Part shown: piece after piece, positions 44,840 to 58,679 of the stretch
Numbering within the stretch: position 1 is the first letter of the stretch
Layout: every line of letters starts with the position of its first letter
NCBI RefSeq assembly: GCF_009914755.1
Contig: NC_060925.1
From: the human T2T-CHM13v2.0 reference genome, Homo sapiens
Reading direction: 5' to 3' (one strand)
DNA: 64,000 nt
Notes under the pieces: model-generated
What the model saw: only the letters and a program-made list of their open reading frames with translations
Databases searched by the model: none
What the model was told of the DNA's origin: nothing
Made by a program: the position numbers and the translations under genes

Positions 44840-47800
44840 TGTGGCACGTGTGTGCAGGGTGTCGTGCATGTGTATTGTGCGTGTGGTGGGTGTCCACTGT
44901 GTAGTGTGTGTACACATAGTATGTGTGGTGTGTGTATACTGTGTGTTTTGGCATATGTGTATTGCGTGTGGTGGGTATATATTGCATGGTGTGTGGTATG
45001 TAGATATGCGGGTGTGGCGTGAGGTGTTGGTGTGTATGTGGGTGTGTTGTGTGTGGTGGGTAGACACTGTGCAGTGGGTGAGTGTGGTGTGAGGTGTGAG
45101 TATGTGGGGTGTGGTGTGCATGTGGCGGGTATGTACTGTGTGGTGTGTGTGTGGGGTATATGTGGTGGGTATATATTGTGTGGTGTGTGGCATGCAGATG
45201 TGTAGGTGTGGCATGGGTAGCTGTGTATGTGGGTTGTAGTGTGTGGTCTATGGTGTGTGTGGTGGGTACATATTGTATGATGTGTGGTGTGTAGATGTGT
45301 GGGTGTGTATATGGGGTGTGCTGTGTGATGTGTGTGTGGTGTGTAGACGTATGTGTGGTGTGTGTGTGTTGTGATGTATGTGGTGTATATGTGGTGTCTG
45401 TAGTGGGTATACTATACTATGTGGTATTGGTGTGTAGACACATGTGTGGTGTATGTGTGGGCTGTGTGTGTGTGGTGTGATGTATGTGGTGTGTATATGG
45501 TGTGTGTGGTGGCTATGCATTGTAATGTGGGTGGTGTGTAGATGTGTGGGTGGAGTGTGTGGGTATGTCGTATGCATGTGGGATATGTGTGCTGTGTGTA
45601 GTGAGTATATTGTGTGGTATGTGGTGTGTAGATGTGTGTGTATGGTGTGTAGGTGTGTGGGTGTGGTGTGTGTGTAGGCAGTGTGTGTAGTGGTTATACT
45701 GTGTGGTATATGGTGTGTAGATGCGTGGCGTGTGTGGTTTGTGTGTATGTGGGGTATGTGTAGTGTGTGTAGTTGGTATAGTGTATGGTATGTGGTGTGT
45801 AGACCTGTGTGTGGTGTGTGTGTGGTGGGTATACAGAGTGGTGTGTTTGCTGTATGTGGTGTGTGTGTTGTGTGTGTGTTGTATGGGGTGTGTGCTGGGT
45901 ATACAGTGTGGTGTGTGGCTGTGTGTGTGGGGTGTACATGGTGTGGCATGTGTGGTGTGTAGACGTGTGTGCTGTGTGTGTGTGGGGGTGTGGTGGGTAT
46001 ATAGTGTGTGTGCTCTGTGTGGTGTGTGTGGTGTGGCTTCTGTGCTGTGTGTGTGTGGTGTGTGTGGTGTGGCGTGCGTACTGTGTGTGTGTGGTGTGTG
46101 TGTGGTGGGTATAGAGTGTGTGTGTGGTGTGTGCTCTGTGTGTGTGTGGTGTGGCGTGTGTGCTGTGTGTGTGGCATGTGTGCTGTGTGTGGTGTGTGCT
46201 GAGTGTGTGTGGGGTGTGTGTGGTGGGTATACAGTGTGGTGTGTGTGCTGTGTGTGTGGTGTGTATGTGTGTGGTGGGTATATAGTGTGGTGTGTGTGCT
46301 GTGTTGTGTGTGCTGTGGCATGTGTGTGATGTGTATGTGTGGTGTGTGCATGTGGTGTGTGGGTGTGGTGGGTATACAGTGTGGTGTGTGCTGTGTGTGT
46401 GTGGTGTGTGCTGCGGCGTGTGTGCTGTGGCATGTGTGGGGTGCGTGTGTGGTAGGTATACAGTGTGGTGTGTGTGTTCTGTGTGGTGTGTGTGTGGTGG
46501 GTATACAGTGTGGTGTGCTGTGTGTGGTGGGTTTGTGTATGTGCTGTGTGTGGTGGGTATACAGTGTGGTGTGTGTGCTGTGTATGTGTGCTGTGTGTAG
46601 TGTGTGTGCTGTGTGCGTGTGTGTGGTGTGTGTGGTGTGTATACAGTGTGGTGTGCATGCTGTGTTTTTGTGGTAGGTATACAGTGTGGTGTGTGTGCTG
46701 TGTATGCGTGGTGTGTGTGTTGTGTGCTGTGTGCGTGTGTGTGGTGGGTATACAGTGTGGTGTGTGTATGGTGTGTATGTATGCGTTTGGTGTGTGTGCT
46801 GTGACATGTGTGCTGTGGCATGTGTTTGGTGCGTGTGTGGCAGGTATACAGTGTGGTGTGTGTGTTCTGTGTGGTATGTGTGTGGTGGGTATACAGTGTG
46901 GTGTGCTATGTGTGGTTGGGTGTGTGGTGTGTGTGTGGTGGGTATACAGTGTGTGTGTGCTGTGTATGTGTGCTGTGTGTGGTGTGTGTGCTGTGTGTGG
47001 TAGGTATACAGTGTGCTGTGCATGCTGTGTGCGTGTGTGGTGTGTGTGGTGGGTATACAGTGTGGTGTGCTATGTGTGGTTGGGTGTGTGGTGTGTGTGT
47101 GGTGGGTATACAGTGTGTGTGTGCTGTGTATGTGTGCTGTGTGTGGTGTGTGTGCTGTGTGTGGTAGGTATACAGTGTGCTGTGCATGCTGTGTGCGTGT
47201 GTGGTGTGTGTGGTGGGTATACAGTGTGGTGTGTGTGCTGTGTATGTGTGGTGTGTATGTTGCGTGCTGTGTGCGTGTGTGTGGTGGGTATACAGTGTGG
47301 TGTGTGGTATGGTGCATATGTGTGTGTGTGTGTGGTGGGTATATAGTGTGCTGTGTGTGTGTGGTGTGTGTGCTGTGGCGTGTGTGGGTTGTGTGTAGTG
47401 TGTGTAGTTGGTATACTGTACAGTATGTGGTGCGTAGACCTGTGTGTGGTGTGTGTGTGTGGTGTGTGTGTGGTGGGTATACAGTGTGGTGTGTTTGCTG
47501 TATGTGGTGTGTGTGTTGTGTGTGTGTTGTATGGGGTGTGTGTGGTGGGTATACAGTGTGGTGTGTGTGCTGTGTGTGTGGGGTGTACATGGTGTGGTGT
47601 GTGTGGTGTGTAGACGTGTGTGTTGTGTGTGTGGGGGGTGTGGTGGGTATATAGTATGGTGTGTGTGCTCTATGTGTGGTGTGTGTGGTGTGGCTTGTGA
47701 GCTGTGTGTGCGCTGTGTGTGTGTGGTGGGTATAGTGTGTGTGGTGTGTGTGCTCTGTGTGTGTGGTATGTGTGGTGTGGCGTGTGTGCTGTGTGTGTGG

Positions 47801-48938
47801 CGTGTGTGCAGTGTGTGCTGGGTGCTTGTGTGGGGTGTGTGTGGTGGGTATACAGTGTGGTGTGTGTGCTGTGTGTGGGGGGTGTGTGTGTGGTGGGTAT
47901 ATAGTGTGGTGTGTGGTCTGTGTTGTGTGTGTCGTGTGTGTGTGGTGTGTGCGTGTGGTGTGTGTGTATGTGGTGGGTATACAGTGTGGTGTGTGTGCTG
48001 TGTGTGTGGTGTGTGTGCTGTGGCGTGTGTGCTGTGGCATGTGTGGGGTGCGTGTGTGGTAGGTATACAATGTGGTGTGTGTGTTCTGTGTGGTGTGTGT
48101 GTGGTGGGTATACAGTGTGGTGTGCTGTGTTTGGTTGGCTGTGTGTGTAGTGTGTGTGTGGTGGGTATACAGTGGTGTGTGTGCTGTGTATGTGTGCTGT
48201 GTGTAGTGTGTGTGCTGTGTGAGTGTGTGTGGTGTGTGTGGTGGGTATACAGTGTGGTGTGCATGCTGTGTGTGTGGTAGGTACACAGTGTGGTGTGTGT
48301 GCTGTGTATGTGTGCTGTGTGTGTGGTGTGTGTGCTGTATGCGTGTGTGGTGTGTGTGGTGGGTATACAGTGTGGTGTGTGTGCTGTGTATGTGTGGTGT
48401 GTGTGTTATGTGCTCTGTGTGTGTGTGTGGTGGGTATACAGTGTGGTGTGAGCAAAGTGTGTATGTATGCGTTTGTGTGGTGTGTGTGCTGTGGCGTGTG
48501 TGGGGTGCGTGTGGTAGGTATACAGTGTGGTGTGTGTGTTCTGTGTGGTATGTGTGTGGTGTGTATACAGTGTGGTGTGCTATGTGTGGTTGGGTGTGTG
48601 TATGTGCTGGGTGTGTGTATGTGCTGTGTGTGTGGGGTGTGTGTGCTGTGTATGTGTGCTGTGTGTGCTGTGTATGGTGTGTGTGCTGTGTGTGGTAGGT
48701 ATACAGTGTGCTGTGTGTGTGCTGTGTGTATGTGGTGTGTGTGCTGTGTGCGTGTGTGGTGTGTGGTGGGTATACAGTGTGGTGTGTGTGCTGTGTATGT
48801 GTGGTGTGTGTGTGTGCTGTGTGCGTGTGTGTGGTGGGTATACAGTGTGGTGTGTGTATGGTGTGTATGTGTGAGTGTGTGTGGTGGGTATACAGTATGC
48901 TGTGTGTGTGTGCTGTCTGTGTGGGGGGTGTGTGTGGG
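44840..48938. repeat. ~4.1 kb complex (GT)n-rich array with higher-order duplications
   Basis: Recurring core gtggtgggtatacagtgtggtgtg within (gt)n; duplicated marker blocks. Confidence 0.95.
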
Positions 48939-49089
48939 TCCCCTGAGTGGTGTGGGGGAACAGGGACGGACCGCAGGTGCAGGTGCTGGCGGTGGTTGTG
49001 TCACCAGCCAGATGGCTCTATCTATGAAGACTGTTTTTGGGATTTCTGTTGGCGTTTTGTTTGTTGTGTGTTTTGTCAGCTTGCGCCTC

Positions 49090-49700
49090 ACAGGGGTTTC
49101 TCCCCTGAGGCCGGCGCCTCCGGGTGTGGTGTTGGCGCTGTGTCTAGGGTTTCTAGAAGGGGAGGAATGAGGGAAAGAGGCCCCTCCGGGCACTGGGACA
49201 GGCTCAAGGGGAACAGCCCCGAGCTGGGTGTTGGCTGAGTGTGAATTCCAGCAGCCAGGCTCACAGACCCGTGTCACCTCTGACGTCAAGTGGCAGGGAC
49301 ACGCTAAAAGCCTTTGAGTCTATTGATTGAGAAGGCTCCAGAAGGTTTTGGAGCGCTGGAAGAAGGCCAGGCCTGGAATTTACGCGTCGGCCTCTTGGTG
49401 TCTCCTCCCGCTGAAGGGAGTAAATCCAGGCAGGTCTGGGGCTGCCGGGCGGGCACCTGGGGCGGAGGAGCCTCGAGGCTGTGGTCCTGCAGCACCACCT
49501 GGGGGCGGCGAGAAGAGTAGCCGCAGAGGCTCGGGAGGACGCGCCCTCGGGTCCAGCCGCAGCCAGCACACCGGGAGGTGGTCAGGGGTCATCTCTTCTG
49601 CGCCGGCCCCAAAGTAGACTGTCCAGTTCCCTGGGAGATACTGCGAAATCTGCTTCATGTTTCCATTCGTAGACAGGAAAAAAAAAAGCCCGCCCCAAAA
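49090..49700. promoter_or_regulatory. CpG-containing promoter/enhancer-like element
   Basis: Palindromic CRE TGACGTCA 49281-49288; GC boxes GGGGCGGAG 49459-49467 and GGGGGCGG 49501-49508; dense CpGs 49380-49610 outside recognised repeats. Confidence 0.55.
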
Positions 49701-49959
49701 GCCTGAGCTTCCATTAGGATTACCTTGCCTGGGGTCCCAGAGTGACCATAAAACACCATTTCCCACCCTCCCTGCCCCATTGGTTTGTCAGAATACTGCT
49801 TCCACTAAGAGGTACCATCGTTTAAGATTCTTAGAATATTCTACCTAAAAGGCCTGAATATTCTCATATTCATGTGTGGCCTTAGAATGAATATCCAGCC
49901 TGAAAGGAGATGGTGAAGTATGCCTGCCTCATAGGGAAACTGAGGCTCAGCAAGGCTCC

Positions 49960-50479
49960 GTGGAAGAGGGGAAACCTTACCCTCTGAGTGCTCCATAATG
50001 GAGTCTATGGAATAAACTGACAGCAGGCGGATTAGCAGGAGGAAGGGTGACCACATTTATTATGCACATGGATGCATCATGGGAAAGAAAAGTGAATATC
50101 TCCAAACCAATGAGAGACCTAGAAGCTTATGCGCCTGACTCACCGCGGAGGCAGGAGAGGGGATGGAGGTGCCATGGGGAGAATGAATGATTTGGGGAAA
50201 GATGAATGGGCCCTTGGGAGAATATGGGTAGCCTATGACAAAGTTGGCCTGGGCATGGCATCAACCTTCAGTCCCCTCTGCTGTGATGCGAGTCTCCCCT
50301 GGCTCATGAATTTCCTGGGGAGGGGGATTCATGATAATTGAGGTCCCTTTGGAGGGTCCGTCTTTAGGCAGACAAAGGCAGCTCAGAGCAAGCCTCCGCC
50401 TGCATCCTGTGCTGCCCAGTGCCTTCGGTTCAAGGTAGCTGGCATACCGTGTTTGGGTGGCACTTCCCGAACTCCTTCA
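49960..50479 (-). mobile_element. MER34-like (MER4-group) ERV1 LTR
   Basis: ggggattcatgataattgagg...tctttaggcagacaaagg...gggtggcacttcccgaactccttca; AP-1 at 50136-50142. Confidence 0.6.
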
Positions 50480-51077
50480 GCCCAGTCCCTTGACTTTAAG
50501 CCCAGTGCTCTTTCCACTGCTGTCCACGGTGTGTGGCCCTCCCCCCGTGCAGGTGTGTGACTGGGCACCCGCAGAGGGACACCAGGCCACAGGGAAAACA
50601 GAGAGAGGCAGACCCAGATAATGCCAAGATGTGCACAGAGCTGAGTGCTGTAGAAGGAGCTGCAGGCATGGGATGGAGGGTGTGACACCAAGTGGTACCA
50701 CCCACAGGACACATCTGCTGCGAAGATACTCAGACTGAAGTCTGGGTCCCAGAGAAATGACTCTTTATAGCACCTGGAAAGGCTACCCTGCTGCCTGCAG
50801 TCTCTGTGGAACAAAGAAGAAATGAATATTGCAATGCATGTCACACGTAAATTCAGCATCTAGCCCTGTTTGTACTTGACCTGGCCTGGCCACCTTGTTA
50901 CCTTATGCTCCTCATCACAAACTCCTCCCCAGAGCCAGGCTGCTGGCCTCCCTGAATATCCTGCTTTCGCGCCTTTGCTTTTGCTGCTTCCCCTTCCCGG
51001 AGCACCTGCCATGCCCCCCTCACACCTTAGCATGTGAGTCGAAGCTTCCTGTACACAGCCAGGGGCTCCTGGAGGGG

Positions 51078-51470
51078 TGTGTTAGCTTCCTACAGCAGCT
51101 GTAACAAAGTCTTACAGACCGGGAGGCTTACACAGCAGAAACCTGTGGCCTCACAATTCTGGAGGCTGCAAGTCCGAGATCTAGATGTTGGCAGGTTGAT
51201 TCGTTTTGTGGGCTGTGAGGGAGAATCTGTTGCAGGCCCCTCTGCTTGGCTGGTAGTCGACCATCTTCATGTGTCTTCATGCATCATTCTGTGTGTGTGG
51301 CTGTCTCCACGTTTCTCTTTTTTATAAGGACACTATTCATTTTGGATGAGTAATGGCCTCATTTTAACTTGATTACCTTTCTAAAGCCTTATCTTCAAAT
51401 GAGGTGCTATTCTAAGGAACATGGGACGTCAGCAAATGACTTTTGTAGTAGACACAATTCCACCCACAAT
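51078..51470 (-). mobile_element. MLT1-type MaLR LTR
   Basis: tgtgttagcttcc...gctgtaacaaa...cacaattctggaggctgcaagtccgagatc...cacaattccacccacaata. Confidence 0.8.
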
Positions 51471-53009
51471 ACCTGGTTCTGGCCTGGCCAGCCACTGCTG
51501 AACCGATGGAATGCTAAAGGGAATGGGATTTCGAAGTGAAAGATGGCTTGGAAGTTTGGAGAACATGAGGAGGAGGTCTCGGGGGTGTTGGGGGTGGATG
51601 AGCCCATTGCTGTGGGAGCAGAGAGGTCAGAGCATGTAGTGGAAAGGGGTTTGGGGTAAGCTTTTGCTGTTTCGGTTGTGAGAAAAACTTTCTTCCATCT
51701 CCTTGGGAAAGCGTTAGCAAGGAGTACATTACTAATCCTTAGACTGGAGTGAGATATGTGTTGGGTCAGGGGCAACGTGAGGACGTCCGGCACTACGGAA
51801 GGGCCAGGGGGAGCCCCAGTGGATCTAAATCTTTCTTACCCTTCCAGGACTAACTCACGTCCTTCTTCCTGGCACGTCTGAGCTTGCGTTATTCTGGCAG
51901 AAAACAAACTAAATTACAGTAAATATATCACACACATTATTTCCAGCGCCACTTCATTAGCCGGTGCTGTTTTGTAGGGCTAATTAACTGTGGCGCGTAT
52001 GTTTGTCTTCTCCAGTTGATGCTGGTGCACGTGTATAGTCTGAGGTTTGTTTTTCCCCAGCCTCACCCCCATGGTGCCTAATACACCACATCGTGCACAG
52101 CAGGCGCTTGGAGCACGCCTGTAAACTGAAGGCTGCTTGGGATGCCCATCACGTTCCCTTATGCCAGCCTTAGCACAGCGTCGGGGTCGCCCACACCCAA
52201 GGCTCCCCCTGTACCTGTGGAAGGGCTAGAATGGAGACAAAAGGCGTGCCCCATACATTGTACTTCCTCAGTTTTGGAGAGGCTCACCCTAAGGTCCTCT
52301 GCAGATATTCCCGTTCTCAACAACGTTGGCCACACCCCTGGAGGCTTTGGAAGTTACTAGAAGGGCCCGAGTTTGACAAGGCCTTCTGCTGCTCTCTCTG
52401 ACCTTAGGCCCTCAGGAAAGAAGGCGGAGGCATTTGGCACTGTAGTGGATGGAAACCAGGCTGCTCCGAGTGGCTGTTTTCTTTCGACGCCAAAGAAATG
52501 GAATTTGCCTGAGAGTCTCAGAGCGTCTCTTCCCACTTAATAAATTCTGTTTGAAATGGATGATAATGGCTTCAGGGACAATGTGTTCGAGATGGATTGT
52601 AACGGGAGATTAGGGAACAACAGGTTCACAACCCCCAGACCTGACGCTGCAGGCTTTTAGTCAGGGCCCTTCTGGGAGGACAAGCAGCTGGTCTAGGTGG
52701 AGGGAGAATTTGGAAAGAATCCAGGGCTGGAGCAGGGCCACATCATGAACTGAGGATGCAGAGGAGATCTGAGGCCAGAAGATGTTTCAAAGGTAGGGAA
52801 GGGCAGTGGGGAGAGTGCTGGGGAGGGGCCCTCTTTGAGGCTGTTCCAGGAGATCAGCTCTTGCCAGGAGCTGGACTTTGAACTTGGGTCCCGTGATTAT
52901 AAAATCCAGTGGGCCAGAAACCAATGATAATGATTATGGCCCCTTGCTACATTGGGATTTGGTGCTGCTGAATGCTCTGGCCTCAGAGGACCCCGTGACT
53001 TTGGGGTGC

Positions 53010-53445
53010 TGTCAAAGAAAAAATTATTCGTGATACTTGTTATAGATGGTAAGGCAGACTCTATTCACTGGGGGAATCACAGTAGCTCTCGGGACCACTG
53101 CAGTGGGGTCTTGCAGTGGGGAGAGAGACTGAACTCAACTGAGTCCAACAGGGACAAGTGAGGATTCATAGCCCAGGAGCAGAGTGGGTGTCCGTGGATG
53201 GAAAATTACTAAGAGGAGGCATTTTTGCTAGACTGACAACAGAATTCTTGCTGCAGGCAGGCCAGGCTGAGAAGATACCCAGGGTGATTAGATTCCAAGG
53301 GTGGGGAATTGTTGCTAAACTGACAATAGGATTCTTGCTCAAACTGGATTCTACAAAGACAGAGCGTGAAGCCCAAAGTCATACCTAGTTGAGCAGAGGA
53401 CTCAGAGGAGCCTAAAGGTTTGGTCAAACGCAAGAGTCTTTGTCA
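53010..53445 (-). mobile_element. MER31A-like ERV1 solo LTR
   Basis: tgtcaaagaaaaaatt...ggatggaaaattactaagagg...aggtttggtcaa...gagtctttgtca; TSD GTGC. Confidence 0.8.
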
Positions 53446-53689
53446 GTGCCCGTATTCAAACCAGGTCAGGGGGAGCCCTGCTGTTGGCTTGCTGGGAGAG
53501 AGAACCAGCCCCCGACACACTCACATCATTGGGAATGTGTAAATACTTATGCAATGTGGATTACTATGTGTTTTACACATTACATATTCATGTGGCATAT
53601 AATGGAAGCTCCCCCAAGAACCAGCAGAGAATGTATGGGAGCACAGGAGAGTGATTTAGATAGAGTAGCTGTCATCATTGTCACCATCA

Positions 53690-53790
53690 TCATCACCCCC
53701 ATTTTACAGATGAGGGAATTGAGGCCCGAAGAAGCTGGGGGTTGCCTGAAACATAAGAAATAAATGGCAGAGGCAGACCCTGTGGCTCAC
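53690..53790 (-). mobile_element. MIR fragment
   Basis: cccccattttacagatgagggaattgaggccc. Confidence 0.6.
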
Positions 53791-54161
53791 TCAGGTGCCT
53801 CTACTACTGTTATTATTACATGCAGGAATTGCTTATTGAACACATACTTGTGCCAGCTCTCACCATAGCCCTGCAAAGAAGAACCTGAAACTGGAAGAAA
53901 TAACTTGCAATAGCAGGAATTTTCAGAGCTGGATGTTGAACTTGGGTCCTGTGATTCCAAATCCCATGCTCTGTTGACTTCCTGGCCCTTTGTCTCCTCA
54001 AGGTGTGTAGCTCACTCCAAATCCTATGCATATGGGGAAGTCTCCTCTAGCCCCACAGTTGGCATGGACCTAGCACATCCCTTATAGATAAGCCAAGTCA
54101 AGTCTAACTTTTTCTTGTGAGGTTGTTGGCATCACAGTTTGTCCTTGGGGATAGCTGAGCC

Positions 54162-54769
<608 letters not shown>

Positions 54770-56199
54770 ACACTGAGCCATTTTTTAATGGGAGATCTGC
54801 TGTGTTTGAGTTTTAAGGTGCACTGTGGGGAATGAGATCTTCTGTTCTCCTTACTTACTCCTCTCACAGGCTTGATATTCAGCTCCCCAATGCCTGGAAT
54901 TGTACTATCTCTGTCTTCGAATGCAGATTTAAATACCCACATCAATCCTGAAAAAGTATTGCAATTGTCTCCAGAGTCAGTGAAGGTGTCTGCTGGAGCT
55001 TAGGTCTTTGAAGTTCAGGCTTAGGAGTTTGCTACTTTCTCATTGTGCTGCTGGGTGATAAATGTTGCTTTGCTTTCTGTTTCTTTTTTTTTTTCAGGCT
55101 TGTTTTTAATGAAAAGAAATGGCGGTTGGCAATATCCCTGAAGCTTTTTAGTGGGGCTCCTATAATGAGGTTTGCTGAAATTCTGGATAGGAAATGTTTC
55201 CCTCTGTAGGCTCAGATGCAGGATTTTAAACTTTTGTGATGTCTGTGGTCTTTTTCTTTTGAGCTGGCTGGGTTTGCCTCTTCAAAGATGTCAGCCCCAG
55301 CCTTGCCAAGTTTGGAGTTTACATCTCTAGCGTTAGTGACTTGCATGACTGTAAAAATAGGTCAGTGTTTTTTTTCCTCCCTCTCTTTCAAAGAAGAGAG
55401 AAAAATTGTGTGTGTGTGCATGTGTGTTTTCCAACATCCCATCAGTCAAAAACAGTTGAAGCAATTTTAGCTTACTTTTTCCCCAAAAGATTCACTCCAA
55501 GTATGACTCAGATCGTGGAACACTTCAAGGAAAATTTTTTCTGTGAAAGTTAAGTGCAATTAATGAGGAGAGATCTGGTGGGAGAAAGAATTCCTCAGTG
55601 TTCGCTATAATGTCAATTACAGGCTGCCTGACAAACACACATAAAACGTGTAACAGATCCACTGCCTGCTCCTGCGCCACATCAGGTTATTATGAGAGTG
55701 AACATTTCTTTCCATTACGAATCTGTATGGCTTAATTTTCCCAGCTGAAACTTTAAACAAGATGAAATTGCATGCATGCATGTGTGCGCACACACACACA
55801 CACACACTCAACTATATTCTTTGAAAATACCACTGAAGAAAGTTTCCTAAAAACACATAAAACAAGGAAGCAGTTCAGCCATGAATACATTTTCTATGTG
55901 CTAAAAGGGGGTGAGTTAGACTCTAGATGCAAAACAGCTTAAACGCTTCTTGCTGCAACAAGGTTGCTGCCAGCTCTGTAAAGACTTGGAGTTTTATCCT
56001 ATTCAGAATTGGCTTCTATTTCTTCCAAGTGCAGACGCATCCTTATGGCCTTGCCTATAAACACAGCCATGGGTATTTGCATAGAGGTCTGTGAGTCCCC
56101 GCCTTACCCTTCTCCTCCTCCCCTCACTCCACACTCATTTGCTCCTATAGGGTCTCTGTAGTGTTCTGGGGGCTCCCTTGCCCATGTCTGTTTTCTTAC

Positions 56200-57030
56200 C
56201 CACTCCCAATCAGGGACCTCCTCTTTTCCCCGAGTCCTCAGCTTTTTCCTCTCTCCTTTCCATGAGCACTTCAACGTCCTCAAGCCTCTCCCACCTTAGA
56301 ACAGAAACCTCTCAACCCCATGTCTCCCTCCTAAACACCCTATAGCTTCCCTGCCCTTCACAGCCAAATTGCTTGCCGCAGCTGTCTACACTTGCTGCCT
56401 CCACCTTCACATCCACGCATTCCCCCAGAACAACTGCCTGATGCTTTCCTGACATCCTTGGGAGTTCATCAGTGACCTCCCCATCCAAAGCCAAGGGCAT
56501 GTTTCTCAGGCCTTCTCTTATGGGATTTTCAAGCAGCACTTGACGATGGCTGTCCACCCATTCACCCACTCCTTCATCACATGGTTATCTGAGGGGCTCT
56601 TACTTTTGGAGCTGGCCTCCTGGCTTCTGTGCTGCTGCTCTTTTCTGCTCCATCCCCACCTCTCCGGCCACCCCTCCTTTGCCCGCACTTCTAGCATTGC
56701 TTCTTCTACTCTCCCATTAAATGCCATTTTTGCCGAGGGCTCCGTCCTTGACCTCGGGTTTCTCACTTTGCAAGCTCTGCCCCCGCTCCCGCCTCTCCCT
56801 TTGTGTTGATGGCTTTCAAAGGTGCACCTGCCGCTTGGGCCTCTTTCCTAAGCTCCAGAGGCCTGCTGACTTCTCATGGATCAAGGCTTTGATCCCAGTT
56901 GCCATGTTATCTGCAGCCCACTCATGACTCTATGTTCAGGAATGGCTCTGGAATCCTGGGGCCATCCTTGACTCCTCCTTCCCCTTCTGGTCAACTTCAG
57001 ATCTCTCCCGTTCAGGCAGAACAGCCTGAT
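56200..57030 (+). mobile_element. L2 relic
   Basis: cccttcacagccaaattgcttg...gtgacctccccatccaaagccaagggc...agcagcacttgacgatggctg. Confidence 0.6.
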
Positions 57031-58263
57031 TCCCTTACCGGCTCCCCCATGCCTCTGGACGAGGGATCCCAGCACCACATACCAGAAGTCAGGGCGTTAC
57101 CCAGCTCCACCTCCAACCCACCCACCCTGACCTGCTCCGCTTCCTACTGACCCCAACTGCAGCCTCTTCTCTTTTAAATAATAACAGCAGTTAACATGTA
57201 ATCAGTGCCTGTTGTGTGTCAGCTGCGGAGGTAAGTGTCTCTTCGCTTTCAGACCCTGTGAGCTCTGTACCCATATTGTCCCATTTTACAGATGGCAAAA
57301 CTGAGGCCCAGGGTGCGGGTTTTGTTGGGTCCTTCCTGTGGACGCCTTTTGGGCTCCCTAGCCTCCCGTGGCCCCTTCACAGCTTTTGGCTGCACCGTGT
57401 GCTTCGTGTCGCAACCCCAGAGCAGCTGGCACCCCCATCCCTGTGCTCAGTCAGCCCTGGCCTCAAAACGCAGCCGGGTCAGAGCCCTGGGGCCCCGCTT
57501 GCTCAGGCCTCATTTCCTCTGCCCTCATCCCTTGCTCCTGAATTTCTAAAAGAAAAAAGTCTACTAACTAATATCCTCTGCTCTCAGGTAATATCTTTGC
57601 AACCCAACCTCCTCACTGACTGTAGCAGGATTATTTCTTCAAAATTGCAATCCAGTCATGTCCCTTACAGCTTAAAACCCTTCCACGACATCTCTTTGTT
57701 GTCCTTAAGACAAAGTTTAAACTCTCAGCTTGGAACTGATCATAGCGGTCACTCTAAACTCCGCTCTCCCGACTCCTTGGGCAGCCCTAGGTGCATGGCA
57801 GACAGTCCAGCCTTCCTTGCTTCCCTTTCCCTCTCCTTTACAAACATTCCTGGGATGTGCCAGACAAGCGCTGTGCTGATCACCGAGAATGTGGGGATGA
57901 AACAGACAAGCTAGCAGACAAAGAGCAGGGTTCCTGCAGGCGTGTGGGGAGGGTCAGCTCTCCAGAACAATCTTAGTCCAGCACCACAAGTATTATGATG
58001 CAGGTGCATGGCTCCCCTGGTTCCAGGTTGATGGACTCTGGATGACTCCTTTGGCTCTGATAACCTCCCCTCATCTGGCTCTCCAGCTCCTAGTGAGAGT
58101 TCTAAACCCCGGAGAGCTCAAGGGATCATCTCCTCTGCTCCAGGATGCCTCCCAGGCTCCCCCTGCTGGAGGCTGGACACAGCTCAGGAACAGCCCTAGA
58201 AGCTGCTGCTTAGGATAAATGAATTCTGCATTTTATCCTAAAAGCAGGTCCGATTTAAAGATT

Positions 58264-58576
<313 letters not shown>

Positions 58577-58679
58577 TCATTTAGATTTTAGTTGGAGGGT
58601 GACATTAGTGACATGGCTGGATTTGTTCTTGGAATGGTCCCTCTGGCTGCTGTGTGGAAAAGGAATGAGAAGACTGGAG

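Noticed and set aside
45800-48900. CRISPR-like repeat-spacer appearance of the gtggtgggtatacagtgtgg core
   Set aside because: The spacers are themselves (GT)n and duplicated; primate DNA with no cas genes
44630-49289. Very long His/Thr/Pro-rich (up to 1012 aa) and Cys/Val-rich ORFs
   Set aside because: Translations of (CA)n/(GT)n sequence that lacks stop codons by composition; open in many frames on both strands with no domain structure
57216-57914. 232-aa ORF
   Set aside because: Non-ATG start, overlaps MIR/L2 relics, no recognisable domain
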